NCBI GenBank assembly: GCA_947481755.1
Contig: CANKHS010000001.1
Span: forward strand, 1-39,148
From: Actinomycetota bacterium
GTDB taxonomy: Bacteria > Actinomycetota > Thermoleophilia > Gaiellales > F1-60-MAGs149
DNA: 39,148 bases
Direction of reading: 5' to 3'
In this document: in pieces, positions 17,645-27,373 of the stretch
Numbering within the stretch: position 1 is the first letter of the stretch
How the letters are laid out: each line of letters opens with the position of its first letter
Program-made: the position numbers and the translations under genes
The notes under the pieces: model-generated
What the model was told of the DNA's origin: nothing
The model's input: the letters and a program-made list of their open reading frames with translations, nothing else
Databases searched by the model: none

Positions 17645-19143
17645 GTCGTGCTCCAGACCAGTCGGGCACGGACGCCCGGCGTCGCGTCTTCGAGCAACAA
17701 GTCGCCCCGCAGCTGGTCGGTCGTCAATGCTCGCGCGATCTTGAGTCCGAGCGAGCGATCCGGATCGAAACCCTCGGGCAGGCCTGGCCCGCTATCGGTG
17801 ACGGTCAACTCGATCTGCTTGGCGTCCTGACGGAGCGCCACGCGCACATCACCTCCACCGTGCTCGTGCGCGTTCGCGTAGAGCTCGGAGAAGATCAGGG
17901 CAACCGCCGTCGCCGTATCGCCTGGCACCTCGACGTGGGCGAGTTCCTCAGCGGCGGCCGGCGTACCGAGTCCGTGTCCAAGCATCGCGGAAACCCGGCG
18001 GAGCAGGTCCGAGAGGTCGACATCGCCTTCGCGGCTCGCCGTCAGGAGGTCGTGGACCTCGGCGATCGACAAAATCCGATCCACGCTATCGGTCAAGGCG
18101 CGCTCTGGATCTGCACTACCCGCCCGTAGCCGCAGCAGTGAGGCGACGGTCTGCAGATTGTTTTTGACGCGATGATGAATCTCCTGCGCAACGATGCCGC
18201 GCATCACACCACGGCTCGACTCCACTGCTGCTGCGGCCTGGTTGGCAACGGAACGCAAGAGCATCTGTTCTTCGGGGGTAAAGGCGCGCCCGTCAGGCGT
18301 TGTCGTCACCAGGGCGCCGAGCCGACGCGACTTCCAGACGAGTGGCACCGCAAATACGCCCTGCTCATCGACCGGCGCTCGCAGACCCAGCGCAGCCAGT
18401 TCCTGATCGTCTGGCCCATCAACGCTCGAACGTCGAGCAACACTCGACCCCTCCGGCCCATCGAGCACCAGCGCACAGACCTCTGCATGAGCCGCGCGCC
18501 CCGCCGTCTCGGCAATGTGCGCCAAGGCCTCCTCCAGATACAGCGACTCGGTGACTGCCTGCGAGATGCTGCCCAGTGCCTCCAGCTCGGCCACGCGCCG
18601 CTGCGAGCGCTCGTAGAGCCGCGCGTTCTCGATGGCCTGGGCGACCTGTCGCGCGATCGTCTGGAGGAGCTCGATCTCGTCGTCGTGGTACTCGCGTGGC
18701 TCGACGGTGCGTACGTTCATGGCTCCGGCCAGACGCTCACGGCGATCTAAGATCGGGACGGCGAGGAGGCTCTGGAAGCGACGCTCTGGCAGGTTTGGAA
18801 ACTCCTTAAAGCGCGGATCGAGGTGCGCGTCTGCCGCAATCGCGACGGCCTCGCGCGTCTCGGCTGCCCACCCCGTCAGGCCCTCGCCGACCCGCATCCG
18901 TGGTGGCCCCGCCGTCGCCTCGACGTGCGTGCCGTGGACCGCCTGCAAGACCAACTCGTCGGCCGCATCGTCGTACGCGTAGACGAAGCAGGCGTCCGTC
19001 CCAAAGGCACGGGCAACGGCGACCGCCACCGCATCGGTGACCTCGGCGAGATCAAGCGAGCTCGTGACGGCCTCAACCGTCTCTGAGAGCAGGCTGAGGT
19101 GCCGTACGGCACGTGCTGTCGATGCGTTCGTTGGGTCTGTCAT
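17641..19143 (-). CDS. Soluble double-GAF HisKA_2 sensor histidine kinase (PdtaS/EutW-like)
   Basis: Two GAF-like regions, QEIHHRVKNNLQTVASLL, SELYANAHEHG, DSGPGLP, SLGLKI. No TM segment. SD GAGGTG before ATG 19143. Confidence 0.92.
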   Translation of the reverse strand: MTDPTNASTARAVRHLSLLSETVEAVTSSLDLAEVTDAVAVAVARAFGTDACFVYAYDDAADELVLQAVHGTHVEATAGPPRMRVGEGLTGWAAETREAVAIAADAHLDPRFKEFPNLPERRFQSLLAVPILDRRERLAGAMNVRTVEPREYHDDEIELLQTIARQVAQAIENARLYERSQRRVAELEALGSISQAVTESLYLEEALAHIAETAGRAAHAEVCALVLDGPEGSSVARRSSVDGPDDQELAALGLRAPVDEQGVFAVPLVWKSRRLGALVTTTPDGRAFTPEEQMLLRSVANQAAAAVESSRGVMRGIVAQEIHHRVKNNLQTVASLLRLRAGSADPERALTDSVDRILSIAEVHDLLTASREGDVDLSDLLRRVSAMLGHGLGTPAAAEELAHVEVPGDTATAVALIFSELYANAHEHGGGDVRVALRQDAKQIELTVTDSGPGLPEGFDPDRSLGLKIARALTTDQLRGDLLLEDATPGVRARLVWSTT

Positions 19144-19191
19144 GCCACCTCGTGCCGACGGTAGCACGGGACTCCTAGCTGTCTCTACGCC

Positions 19192-19743
19192 TTAGGCCGC
19201 GAGCGACAGCCTCGCGTCCTCCTCCGCAGCCTCGCGAGCGCGGGCGGGAAGATACGGATGCCAAGATCGGGGGATCGACCGGGTTCCGAGCGTCAGATAG
19301 ACATCGGGGTGAGGTGCACGTGGCGTCTTCTGCAACGGCATCCCGGCCTCATGTGGCAACCGGTCACGTTTGCGGAGATTGCACGGCGAACAGGCCGTGA
19401 CTACGTTCTCCCAGGTTGACTCCCCGCCCCGCGAGCGTGGGTTGACATGATCGAGCGTCAGACGCGCCCCGCTACCGCAGTACTGACAGGCGTTGCCATC
19501 GCGAGCGAAGAGCGCGCGCCGGGTAATGCGCCGCGACGTAAAGCGCGGCACCTTGACGTACGAGACCAATCGAATCACCACGGGATGCGGCAGCGTCGTC
19601 GAGGGGGAGCGAATCATGCGCTCGGGGTGTGCCTCCAGGACGACGGCTTTCTGGGACAGCACGAGACTACACGCCCGCCAAACGCTGGTCACGTTGAGCG
19701 GTTCGTACGTCGCGTTCAACACGAGCACGCTGCCTGTCATCAC
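19192..19743 (-). CDS. HNH endonuclease (McrA-like, actinobacterial type)
   Basis: VLVLNATYEPL, RRALFARDGNACQYCG, TLDHVNPRSRGG..WENVVTACSPCNLRK. GTG start 6 nt after TACCCT. Confidence 0.93.
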   Translation of the reverse strand: MMTGSVLVLNATYEPLNVTSVWRACSLVLSQKAVVLEAHPERMIRSPSTTLPHPVVIRLVSYVKVPRFTSRRITRRALFARDGNACQYCGSGARLTLDHVNPRSRGGESTWENVVTACSPCNLRKRDRLPHEAGMPLQKTPRAPHPDVYLTLGTRSIPRSWHPYLPARAREAAEEDARLSLAA

Positions 19744-19790
19744 ACCGCGAGGGTAGCACCGGCCTCCCGGCGTTTACCGGAATGCGACCG

Positions 19791-20279
19791 TTAGCGCAGC
19801 GCGTGGGTGATCGCCTGCTGCTCCTCCGGCGTCAAGGCCAGCGAGCCCGCACCACCGCGCAAGACGTCCTTGACGAACAGACTCGTGACCGTCCCCGCAT
19901 GCACGGCGCTGATGACGATGCCCGATCCATTGCGGTCGAGCAGCGCGAGTGACGTCGAGCGACGTCCCTCTTCGTCGTCGTTGGCATCGAAGCGGACGAT
20001 CGAGCGGCGACGAAGCAAAACGTCGAGGGTGCCGAGTGCGGAGACGACCTCGTCCCGCAGGTGCACGCCATCCAGCTCGAGCCGCTCCATGCGTGCCTGC
20101 ATCCCAACGGCAAACTCGACCAGATCGACCGGTTCTCCGTCCAAGAGGGCCTGCTCGGCACGACGCAACCGTCCAGCCCAGCGCGCCGTCCGCGCCGCAA
20201 TCACGAGCGCCACGATCGCGAGCGCAAGACCGACAGCCCCAACGATCAACGCCACCGTGCCCTGCAATTCGGCCGTCAC
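19791..20279 (-). CDS. DUF4446-like membrane-anchored protein
   Basis: N-terminal TM, coiled region, IVRFDA...STSLALLDRNGSGIVISAVH...FVKDV..G...LTPEEQQAI. Confidence 0.8.
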   Translation of the reverse strand: MTAELQGTVALIVGAVGLALAIVALVIAARTARWAGRLRRAEQALLDGEPVDLVEFAVGMQARMERLELDGVHLRDEVVSALGTLDVLLRRRSIVRFDANDDEEGRRSTSLALLDRNGSGIVISAVHAGTVTSLFVKDVLRGGAGSLALTPEEQQAITHALR

Positions 20280-20293
20280 CGCAATCCCTGACC

Positions 20294-21499
20294 TCAGGCG
20301 GGCTTGAGGCGGAACTGGATCTGGTAGACGCCGATGTTGTTATCGATGTTCTGCTCGCCCGGCACCTTCTCGACCGTCACCTTGGCCGTCACAACGCTGT
20401 CAAAGACGATGTCGGAGAGCCCAAACGGAATCTCGACGGTGCCTTGCGCACCTGGGTCGAGCGTCGTGATCTCGCCCGTTGGCAACGCGCGATCGTCCAT
20501 GCCCTTGGCACGCAGCACAATGTTTACCTTGACCGAAACCTCAGTGGCATCGCCCGAGTTCTGCACGGTGATGGCAAGCGACATGTTGTTGGCGCTATCA
20601 ACCTGGTTGACCGAGGCGGGATCGAGCTGCACGGTGCCGGGGTTGAAGGCCGAGCTGATCAGCGTGGTCCCGTGGAGCGCGCCCGAGGTCGTAACCCCAG
20701 CGCTATCCGTGGTCGTGACGACTGAGCCGTCGGTCCCAGTGCTCGTTACGACCGCTCCCCCGCCGTCCACGGGTGTACCACCGAGGAGCGCGTTGAGGAT
20801 CGACTGCATCCGCTGCGGTGCGGCGAACTCGATCAACTTGGGATCAACAAACTGCGAGTCGTCGACCGTCGCGTTGATCGATTTCTGAGCGAGGACCTGC
20901 TTGCTTGGGTCCTGATACGAGTCGGTGTAGACGACATCGGAGGCAATCAGGCGCTGGAAGGTCGCGGCGACGGCTGCCGACTGCTCCAGTGGGACCTGCC
21001 CCGTCGTACCTGCCGCGGTGAAGGCCTCCGTCAATGCGCGCTGGAGCCCTTGCAGTCCACTCACGCGGTACTGCATCGACTGGACGAGGAATGGTGTGTA
21101 GGGCGAGAGTCCATCGGGTGCACTGAGTGCTGCCGCGTTGGTGGCGATCTGCTGCTGCGCCTGGATTTCACGATTGAGCGACTTGTTCAGACCATCGGGT
21201 GTCTGACCCGCCGTCAGGATCGCGGCCGAGAATTCCGAGCCGACGGTACCGGACGCCTTCGCGACCTCATTCGACTGCGCGACAAAGCCCTGATACGCGG
21301 ATACCTCGCGGTCGCGCTGACAGCGCTGGACCAGGAAGTAGCCGGCGACGACAACAATCAGGATGCCGATTGCGAGGACGAGCAGCCGCTGAGGGCCTTT
21401 GCCACGCGCGGCGCCCGGCAAGGAAGGCCGCTTTCGCCCAGAGCGCTCGGGCGGGGCCTCGTCGTACTCGTCGTCAAAAAAGGAAAGGAACGCAGGCAT
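20294..21499 (-). CDS. Single-pass membrane protein with helical ectodomain and C-terminal CARDB-like Ig domain
   Basis: Acidic N-terminus, TM, then ITVQNSGDATE...VPGEQNIDNN CARDB-like end. Start is approximate. Confidence 0.7.
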   Translation of the reverse strand: MPAFLSFFDDEYDEAPPERSGRKRPSLPGAARGKGPQRLLVLAIGILIVVVAGYFLVQRCQRDREVSAYQGFVAQSNEVAKASGTVGSEFSAAILTAGQTPDGLNKSLNREIQAQQQIATNAAALSAPDGLSPYTPFLVQSMQYRVSGLQGLQRALTEAFTAAGTTGQVPLEQSAAVAATFQRLIASDVVYTDSYQDPSKQVLAQKSINATVDDSQFVDPKLIEFAAPQRMQSILNALLGGTPVDGGGAVVTSTGTDGSVVTTTDSAGVTTSGALHGTTLISSAFNPGTVQLDPASVNQVDSANNMSLAITVQNSGDATEVSVKVNIVLRAKGMDDRALPTGEITTLDPGAQGTVEIPFGLSDIVFDSVVTAKVTVEKVPGEQNIDNNIGVYQIQFRLKPA

Positions 21500-21580
21500 A
21501 AATGGCGAAACGGGAGTGGTGCTGTCCCGGTCTTTCGCCACATTACCACTCGATCCTCCCAAATACCTGCGGCAGGCGCT

Positions 21581-23425
21581 GTGACCGTTCGCCCCCTCCG
21601 CAGTGCACCGCACGGTGTACCGCCGCTCTTCCCTGAGGGAATCGTCGCTGATCGGTACCGAATTATCGAGACAATCGGGGTTGGTGGTAGCGCCACCGTC
21701 TTCGAGGCAGAGGATCTTCAGACCGGCGAAATGGTTGCCCTCAAGGCAATTCCAGCCGAGGAGAAGCTACGCCGCCGTGCTCGCCGCGAGATGCGTGCCG
21801 TCAGTTCGCTCGACCACGGCGCCATCGTGCGCATGCTCAGCAACGCCGAGGACGAGAACTACATTTTCGTCTCCTTCGAGCTGGTCCGAGGTAATGACCT
21901 CTCGGTCGTGTTGCGCGAAAAACGTCTTGAGGAGTCCGAGATCCTGCGCGCCGTCGCTGCCGTCTGCGACGCCCTTGAGCACGCCCATGCTCGCGGTGTC
22001 ATCCATCGCGATGTCAAGCCCGGCAACATCCTGCTGCGCGACGACGGCATCCTCAAGCTGACCGATTTCGGGATCGCGCAGATGGACCACCCAGATGCAA
22101 CCGTCGACGAGAGCCTGCTCGGCACGCTTTCGTACATGGCCCCCGAACAGGTCCGCGGCGAGATGCTGACGGGCTCAGTTGACGTCTGGGCCGCTGCGCT
22201 CGTTGCCTACGAAGCGCTGACCCGCAAGAACCCGTACCGCTCGAAGAATCCGGTTGAGCTGGCAGAGAAACACCGCAAGTTGCGTCTTTCGTTGCGCGCT
22301 GAGCGTCCCGACCTTCCCGAGGCCGCGACCAAGATGATCGACCGTGCCCTCGATCTCGATAACCAGCGTCGACCATTGCCAAGCCAGTTGCGCGACGCTC
22401 TCCTGCGGGGCGCAGTCGCAATGGAACGCGGAGGCGCCGAGCTCGACCCGTCGATCGAGATGCCGCCAATGGAGCCACGCGTGCGGCTCCGGAAGCGCTG
22501 GCTACGGGCCGTCCCAGATCTGATCGAGGAGCACCGCGAGCGCCACGACAACGACGAGTCGGGCCAACAGTCCCAGACGGAAGTCCGGATTACCGCCGCC
22601 CTGACGCGCATCCAGCCGCACTGGCCTGTCGCGCTGACTGGGGTTGCCAGCGTTGCGCTGCTCGGTGCACTGCCATTTTATCCGACCGGCTGGCCCATCG
22701 CGATTGCCCTGCTCGCCGCCGTAGTGGCGTTGCGTCTGCCCTTGATCGCCGGCGCCCTCGTACTCGCAGCTGCCCTGCCCCTACTCGGCAACCTCGCCTT
22801 TGGCCTTGTCCCTGGCGGCGCGCTCTTCGTGGTCGCCTGGGTCCTCCTGATGGCGCGCGACGGCAAGCGCGTACTGCTTCCGCTCCTAGCGCCGCTCTGC
22901 ACCCTCTGTTTTGCCTGGTCGCTGTATCCCCTGTTTTGTGGCTCGTCTCCGCGCGCATACATTCGTGGCGCTCTCGGTGCAGCCGGCGCCTTGGCGATGA
23001 CCGTGGCGCTCGGAGTGTCTGGCTATGGCTCACCGTTTAGCCCGACACCAGAGCTGGCGACGCTCGGCACCCAACTCGCGGGGGCTGATGATGCGATCGC
23101 CACTGCCGGCACCGTTGCCGCTGCGATTGGCTTCGGTCCGCTGCTGTTGGCCGTTCTCTGGGCCGCCCTCGCTGTAGCCGCACCCCGGGTCCTAACAACG
23201 TCGGGCCGCGCCCTCGTGATCAGCGCCGGCTTGTGGCTCAGCCTTGGAACACTGGCCACGTTAGCCATCCCTGTGTTGATCACCGGAGCACTATTTGCAC
23301 CGATCCCGATCGTGATGGGCGCTGGGGCGGCGGGTATAGTGATTTTTGTCCGCTCTCGCAGCCTTGACACCGCCACCATGGCGGCCGTGGACAGCAAGTC
23401 AACTGGCAATCAGAGGATGTTCTAA
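21581..23425 (+). CDS. Hanks-type Ser/Thr protein kinase with polytopic C-terminal membrane domain
   Basis: IGVGGSATV, VALK, HRDVKPGN, DFG and GTLSYMAPE all intact, followed by many TM segments. Stop overlaps the fhaA start (TAATG). Start is approximate. Confidence 0.88.
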   Translation: MTVRPLRSAPHGVPPLFPEGIVADRYRIIETIGVGGSATVFEAEDLQTGEMVALKAIPAEEKLRRRARREMRAVSSLDHGAIVRMLSNAEDENYIFVSFELVRGNDLSVVLREKRLEESEILRAVAAVCDALEHAHARGVIHRDVKPGNILLRDDGILKLTDFGIAQMDHPDATVDESLLGTLSYMAPEQVRGEMLTGSVDVWAAALVAYEALTRKNPYRSKNPVELAEKHRKLRLSLRAERPDLPEAATKMIDRALDLDNQRRPLPSQLRDALLRGAVAMERGGAELDPSIEMPPMEPRVRLRKRWLRAVPDLIEEHRERHDNDESGQQSQTEVRITAALTRIQPHWPVALTGVASVALLGALPFYPTGWPIAIALLAAVVALRLPLIAGALVLAAALPLLGNLAFGLVPGGALFVVAWVLLMARDGKRVLLPLLAPLCTLCFAWSLYPLFCGSSPRAYIRGALGAAGALAMTVALGVSGYGSPFSPTPELATLGTQLAGADDAIATAGTVAAAIGFGPLLLAVLWAALAVAAPRVLTTSGRALVISAGLWLSLGTLATLAIPVLITGALFAPIPIVMGAGAAGIVIFVRSRSLDTATMAAVDSKSTGNQRMF

Positions 23426-24423
23426 TGGGTTTTCTGCGACGTATCGAGAGTCGGCTAGAGGGGGTCTTCGAGGGCGGCATCGGCCGTACCTTCCGCTCTC
23501 ACGTCCAGCCGGTCGAGTTGGCTCGCAAGCTGACAAAAGAGATGGATGACAACAAGATCATCTCCGTTCAGCAGGTCTACGTCCCGAACGCCTACACCGT
23601 TTTTCTGGCTCCCGATGATCGCGAGCAGTTCCTCGCCTACGAGGCACGGTTGCGCACAGAATTGGCTGGCTACCTGACGGAGCACGCACGCCGCGAGGGG
23701 TACTCGCTGCCCGGTCGCGCTCGCGTCATGATCGAAACGGCCGACGAACTCGAGGTCGGCACCTTCGGGATTGCCGCCGAAATGGAGGAGACACCGCCGC
23801 CCGTGGCCGCGGATAGTCCACCGCCATCCGAACAGTTGCCCGCAGAATTTGGTGGCGGTGCCGCCCCTGCCGCTACAGCCGCAGCCGCCGCAGCAGCGGC
23901 CCCCGTGGCACCGGCAGCGCCCAGTCCCCCCATCCCGCCGGTTGCCCCCATCATCGATCCGTTCGCCGTCGATGCCTCGGACGAGTTCGCCGCCGCCGCG
24001 CCAACTCCACCCGTCGCCCCTGAGGTCCCAACACCACCGGCCGCCCCCGCTCCTCCGGAGCCGGCAGTCGTTGCAGCAGCAGCCGTCGCAGCCACTCCGC
24101 CGCCACCCGCAGAGCCGCCCGTCGCGGCGCCTGCGCCCGTCGCTCATTGGACACTGGTCTGGCCAGGTGGCGAGGTCACGATTGGTGGCAACGCGCTTGT
24201 GATCGGTCGCAGCAAGGACTGCGATGTACCGCTTGCCGACGGCAATGTGTCGCGGCGCCACGCCGAGCTCGGCCGCAGCGAGGAAGGCTTCGTCCTGCGT
24301 GATCTTGATTCGACCAACGGCACGATGGTCAACGGGCGCCGCATTCGCAGCGCCACGATTGGTGCCGGCGATGAGATCACGATCGGGATGAGCACGCTGC
24401 GAATCGAGCAGCGGCACGGCTGA
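23425..24423 (+). CDS. fhaA: FhaA-like protein (DUF3662 domain, Pro/Ala linker, FHA domain)
   Basis: RIESRLEGVFEG..GRTFRSHVQPVELARKL..EMD, VPNAYTV; FHA motifs IGRS, VSRRHA, DLDSTNGT. Confidence 0.9.
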   Translation: MGFLRRIESRLEGVFEGGIGRTFRSHVQPVELARKLTKEMDDNKIISVQQVYVPNAYTVFLAPDDREQFLAYEARLRTELAGYLTEHARREGYSLPGRARVMIETADELEVGTFGIAAEMEETPPPVAADSPPPSEQLPAEFGGGAAPAATAAAAAAAAPVAPAAPSPPIPPVAPIIDPFAVDASDEFAAAAPTPPVAPEVPTPPAAPAPPEPAVVAAAAVAATPPPPAEPPVAAPAPVAHWTLVWPGGEVTIGGNALVIGRSKDCDVPLADGNVSRRHAELGRSEEGFVLRDLDSTNGTMVNGRRIRSATIGAGDEITIGMSTLRIEQRHG

Positions 24424-24426
24424 GCG

Positions 24427-24921
24427 ATGGTCGATCAGGCACTCCTCCTACTCCGTATTGGAGTGCTGGTCCTGCTCTACCTCTTCGTCTGGCGGATTGC
24501 GCGGACGGCGATTCGTGATGTTCGCGGCTCGTCTGAGAGCATGATCTTGAGCCCCGGCCATGGCTTCGACCCGAAGCCACCCCCTGCCGCTGTTCCCGTG
24601 ATGCCGGCGACACCCGGCCGGCTTGTCGTGGTTGCGAGCGACATTCTGCCGCTCGGTGCTGCCGTGGTGCTGGATCAACCTGAGGTGCTTCTCGGTCGCG
24701 ATCCCCGTGCCGCAGCAGTGCTGGATGGCGATGACTTCGTTTCGGGGCGCCACGCAATGGTGCGCGCACGTGGCGGTGCACCCACGGTCACGGATCTTGG
24801 TTCGACCAACGGCACGTACGTCAACGGCGAGCGCATCGCGGCAGAGACGCCCCTGCACGAGGGTGATGAGGTGGCGGTCGGTTCCACGCGGATGATCTAC
24901 GAACCGGGTGCGACCCCATGA
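24427..24921 (+). CDS. Membrane-anchored FHA protein (FhaB/FipA-like)
   Basis: N-terminal TM LRIGVLVLLYLFVW, LGRDP, FVSGRHA, DLGSTNGTYVNG. Confidence 0.9.
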   Translation: MVDQALLLLRIGVLVLLYLFVWRIARTAIRDVRGSSESMILSPGHGFDPKPPPAAVPVMPATPGRLVVVASDILPLGAAVVLDQPEVLLGRDPRAAAVLDGDDFVSGRHAMVRARGGAPTVTDLGSTNGTYVNGERIAAETPLHEGDEVAVGSTRMIYEPGATP

Positions 24922-26063
24922 TGCTCGTCGTCCGCGAAACGGGCGCCTGCAGCGACGTAGGGCAGGTCCGTCAGTCCAACGAGGACGCGCTCCTGCTTTC
25001 GGATCCGGTCTTTGCCGTGGCCGACGGAATGGGCGGGGCCCGCGCCGGCGAGGTGGCGAGTGCGATGGCCGTTGCCGCTCTCCACGGCTTAGACGGTGGC
25101 GAACAGGCGCTGGCCAGCGCTATCGAAGACGTCAACCTGAGAATTCATAACGCGTCTCAGGGCGACGCTTCCCTGCTCGGCATGGGGACAACGATCACCG
25201 CAGCCATGCTCGATGGTGATGCGCTGGTGCTCGGACACGTCGGCGATTCGCGCGCCTACCTGTTTCGCTCTGGTCGTCTCCAGCAACTAACCGACGATCA
25301 CTCCCTGGTCGGCGAACTCGTACGCCGTGGCACGCTCACGCCTGCCGAGGCCGAACGTCACCCGCAGCGTTCGGTGATCACCCGCGCGCTAGGTGCCGAA
25401 GGTCGAGTCGACATCGATGTGCTGCGCATTGCGATCGAAGCCGACGATCTGATCCTGCTCTGTAGTGACGGGCTGACCGGGATGGTCGCCGACGCCGAGA
25501 TCACCCGCATCCTGCGGGGCGGTGGCTCGCTCGAACAGCTCGCCCAGCAGCTCGTCACCGCAGCCAATGGCGCGGGCGGCGAAGACAACGTCACCGCCGT
25601 GTTGTTACGCATGGGTACGCGCGGCGCCGAGGACACCGAGCCAGAACGCCCACCAATCGTGATTCTGCCGCCGACAGCGCTCGATAGCGGTCCGATCCCC
25701 CCGCCAACGACACCCAAGCCCCGCCGCCGCCGCAGACTCAACCTCCTCACGGCCGGGCTCGTCGCTGCCGTCGGTATCGCACTCGCCGTCGGGATTGCCG
25801 TCGGCCTGCAATGGGCCCACTTCGTCGGTGCAACGCCCAATGGGCGCGTTGCGATCTATCAGGGCCTGCCCTTTGAGGTCACGAGTAGCGTCACGCTCTA
25901 TCGCGCAGTCACGATTACCGACGTCCCGACGGCCGTGCTGTCGACGGACCAACGTGCCACCTTGCTCGATCAGCGCATCGGCTCGCTCGGCAGCGCGGAG
26001 GACCGCATCGCCGCACTGACCTCCGCCTCGCCCTGGCTGCGGTTGCCGCCGAGCGCACCGTGA
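24918..26063 (+). CDS. pstP: PP2C/PPM Ser/Thr phosphatase with TM anchor (PstP/Stp1-like)
   Basis: SDVGQVRQSNED, VADGMGG, GMGTT, HVGDSRAY, TDDHS, LCSDGL, GGEDNVT. Confidence 0.93.
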   Translation: MMLVVRETGACSDVGQVRQSNEDALLLSDPVFAVADGMGGARAGEVASAMAVAALHGLDGGEQALASAIEDVNLRIHNASQGDASLLGMGTTITAAMLDGDALVLGHVGDSRAYLFRSGRLQQLTDDHSLVGELVRRGTLTPAEAERHPQRSVITRALGAEGRVDIDVLRIAIEADDLILLCSDGLTGMVADAEITRILRGGGSLEQLAQQLVTAANGAGGEDNVTAVLLRMGTRGAEDTEPERPPIVILPPTALDSGPIPPPTTPKPRRRRRLNLLTAGLVAAVGIALAVGIAVGLQWAHFVGATPNGRVAIYQGLPFEVTSSVTLYRAVTITDVPTAVLSTDQRATLLDQRIGSLGSAEDRIAALTSASPWLRLPPSAP

Positions 26064-27373
26064 CCCCTGACCGCGGATTCCTCCGGCTGCCAATGCGCAA
26101 CCGCGAGCTTGGCCTGATTGCTCTCGCACTGCTGATCGCGACCGCGGGTTTCGCAGCCGTCCAGCTTGCGCGCGCCCAAGAGTTCGCCTCATCACCCCTG
26201 ATTGCAGCCGCGTTCTTTGCCGGCGCCTATCTCGTCGCTCACCTCGTCGTTCGCGCCACGTTGCCCGACGCCGATCCCTACGTGCTGCCAATCACCGCCG
26301 TCCTCACCGCGATTGGGCTGATTGAGATTTATCGCATCGACGCGACGCTGGCTCGCGATCAGGGCATCTGGATCGTGATTGGCCTTGTGCTCTTTATCGG
26401 CGTCATTATTGCCTTTCGGGACATTCGCCGACTGGAGACGCTCCGGTATACGTGCGGCGCTCTCGCGGTCGTGCTCTTGCTCGCCACGATTACCCTCGGG
26501 GCACAGGTCAATGGTGCACGGCTTTGGATCCGCATTGGCGGGCTGCAGATCCAGCCGGGAGAGTTCGCCAAGATCTTGCTGGTGATTTTCCTCGCGGGCT
26601 ACCTCCGCGAACGCCGAGAGGTACTGGCCGCGCCAACCCGCAAGGTGCTCGGCGTTGGTGTTCCATCCCTACGCCACTCGCTGCCGCTGTTGATCATCGC
26701 GGGCGCCTCGCTCGTCTTGCTCGTCGCGATGAACGATCTCGGCTCGTCGCTGCTCTTCTACGTGATTGCGCTGGCGATGCTCTACATCGCAACGGGCCGC
26801 CTGCTGTTCGTCGGTCTTGGCGCTGGACTCTTCGCGCTCGGTGCCGCCGCCGCTGTGCAGATCACACCGCATGTGCAGACCCGCATTGACGGTTGGCTGC
26901 ACCCGTGGGCCAACGAACAGGCGCAGTGCTGTTACCAGATCACACAGTCGATCTACACGATCGCCGATGGTGGTGTGCTTGGAGCGGGCTTTGGGCGCGG
27001 ACTGATCCTCAACAGTGCCGGCGGCACGATCATCCCGTTCGCCCAGACGGACTTCATCTACTCCGTCATCGCCAATGAAATGGGGCTCGTGGGAGCCGCC
27101 GCAGTGATCCTGCTTTATCTCTTGCTCGCCTGGCGCGGCTTCCGTATCGCCACCACCGCTGATGACGGCTTTTCGAAGCTGCTGGCCGCCGGCCTCGCCA
27201 CCGCGGTCGCCTTTCAGGTCTTTGTGATCGTCGGCGGCGTGATTCGTCTGCTGCCGCTGACGGGCCTGACACTGCCGTTCGTCTCGTACGGCGGCTCGAG
27301 TGTGACCGCCAACTTCGCAATCGCCGGCCTTCTGCTCTGCATCTCCCAACGCGCAAATCGAGAGCGCGTATGA
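26060..27373 (+). CDS. rodA: SEDS peptidoglycan glycosyltransferase RodA/FtsW
   Basis: NGARLWI, QPGEFAK, NDLGSSL, TDFIYS, LPLTGLTLPFVSYGGSS, and position between pstP and pbpA. Confidence 0.93.
   Translation: MTPDRGFLRLPMRNRELGLIALALLIATAGFAAVQLARAQEFASSPLIAAAFFAGAYLVAHLVVRATLPDADPYVLPITAVLTAIGLIEIYRIDATLARDQGIWIVIGLVLFIGVIIAFRDIRRLETLRYTCGALAVVLLLATITLGAQVNGARLWIRIGGLQIQPGEFAKILLVIFLAGYLRERREVLAAPTRKVLGVGVPSLRHSLPLLIIAGASLVLLVAMNDLGSSLLFYVIALAMLYIATGRLLFVGLGAGLFALGAAAAVQITPHVQTRIDGWLHPWANEQAQCCYQITQSIYTIADGGVLGAGFGRGLILNSAGGTIIPFAQTDFIYSVIANEMGLVGAAAVILLYLLLAWRGFRIATTADDGFSKLLAAGLATAVAFQVFVIVGGVIRLLPLTGLTLPFVSYGGSSVTANFAIAGLLLCISQRANRERV

Noticed and set aside
19192..19743. HNH gene as a mobile element, defence system or IscB/Cas9 relative
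   Set aside because: Short stand-alone McrA-like type. No RuvC motifs, inverted repeats, array or methylase nearby.
21050..21580. N-terminal extension of the 791-aa kinase ORF
   Set aside because: Overlaps the minus-strand CARDB gene. The kinase domain begins near 21650.
23790..24140. Low-complexity GCC/CCG-rich repeat tract
   Set aside because: Encodes the ordinary Pro/Ala linker of FhaA.
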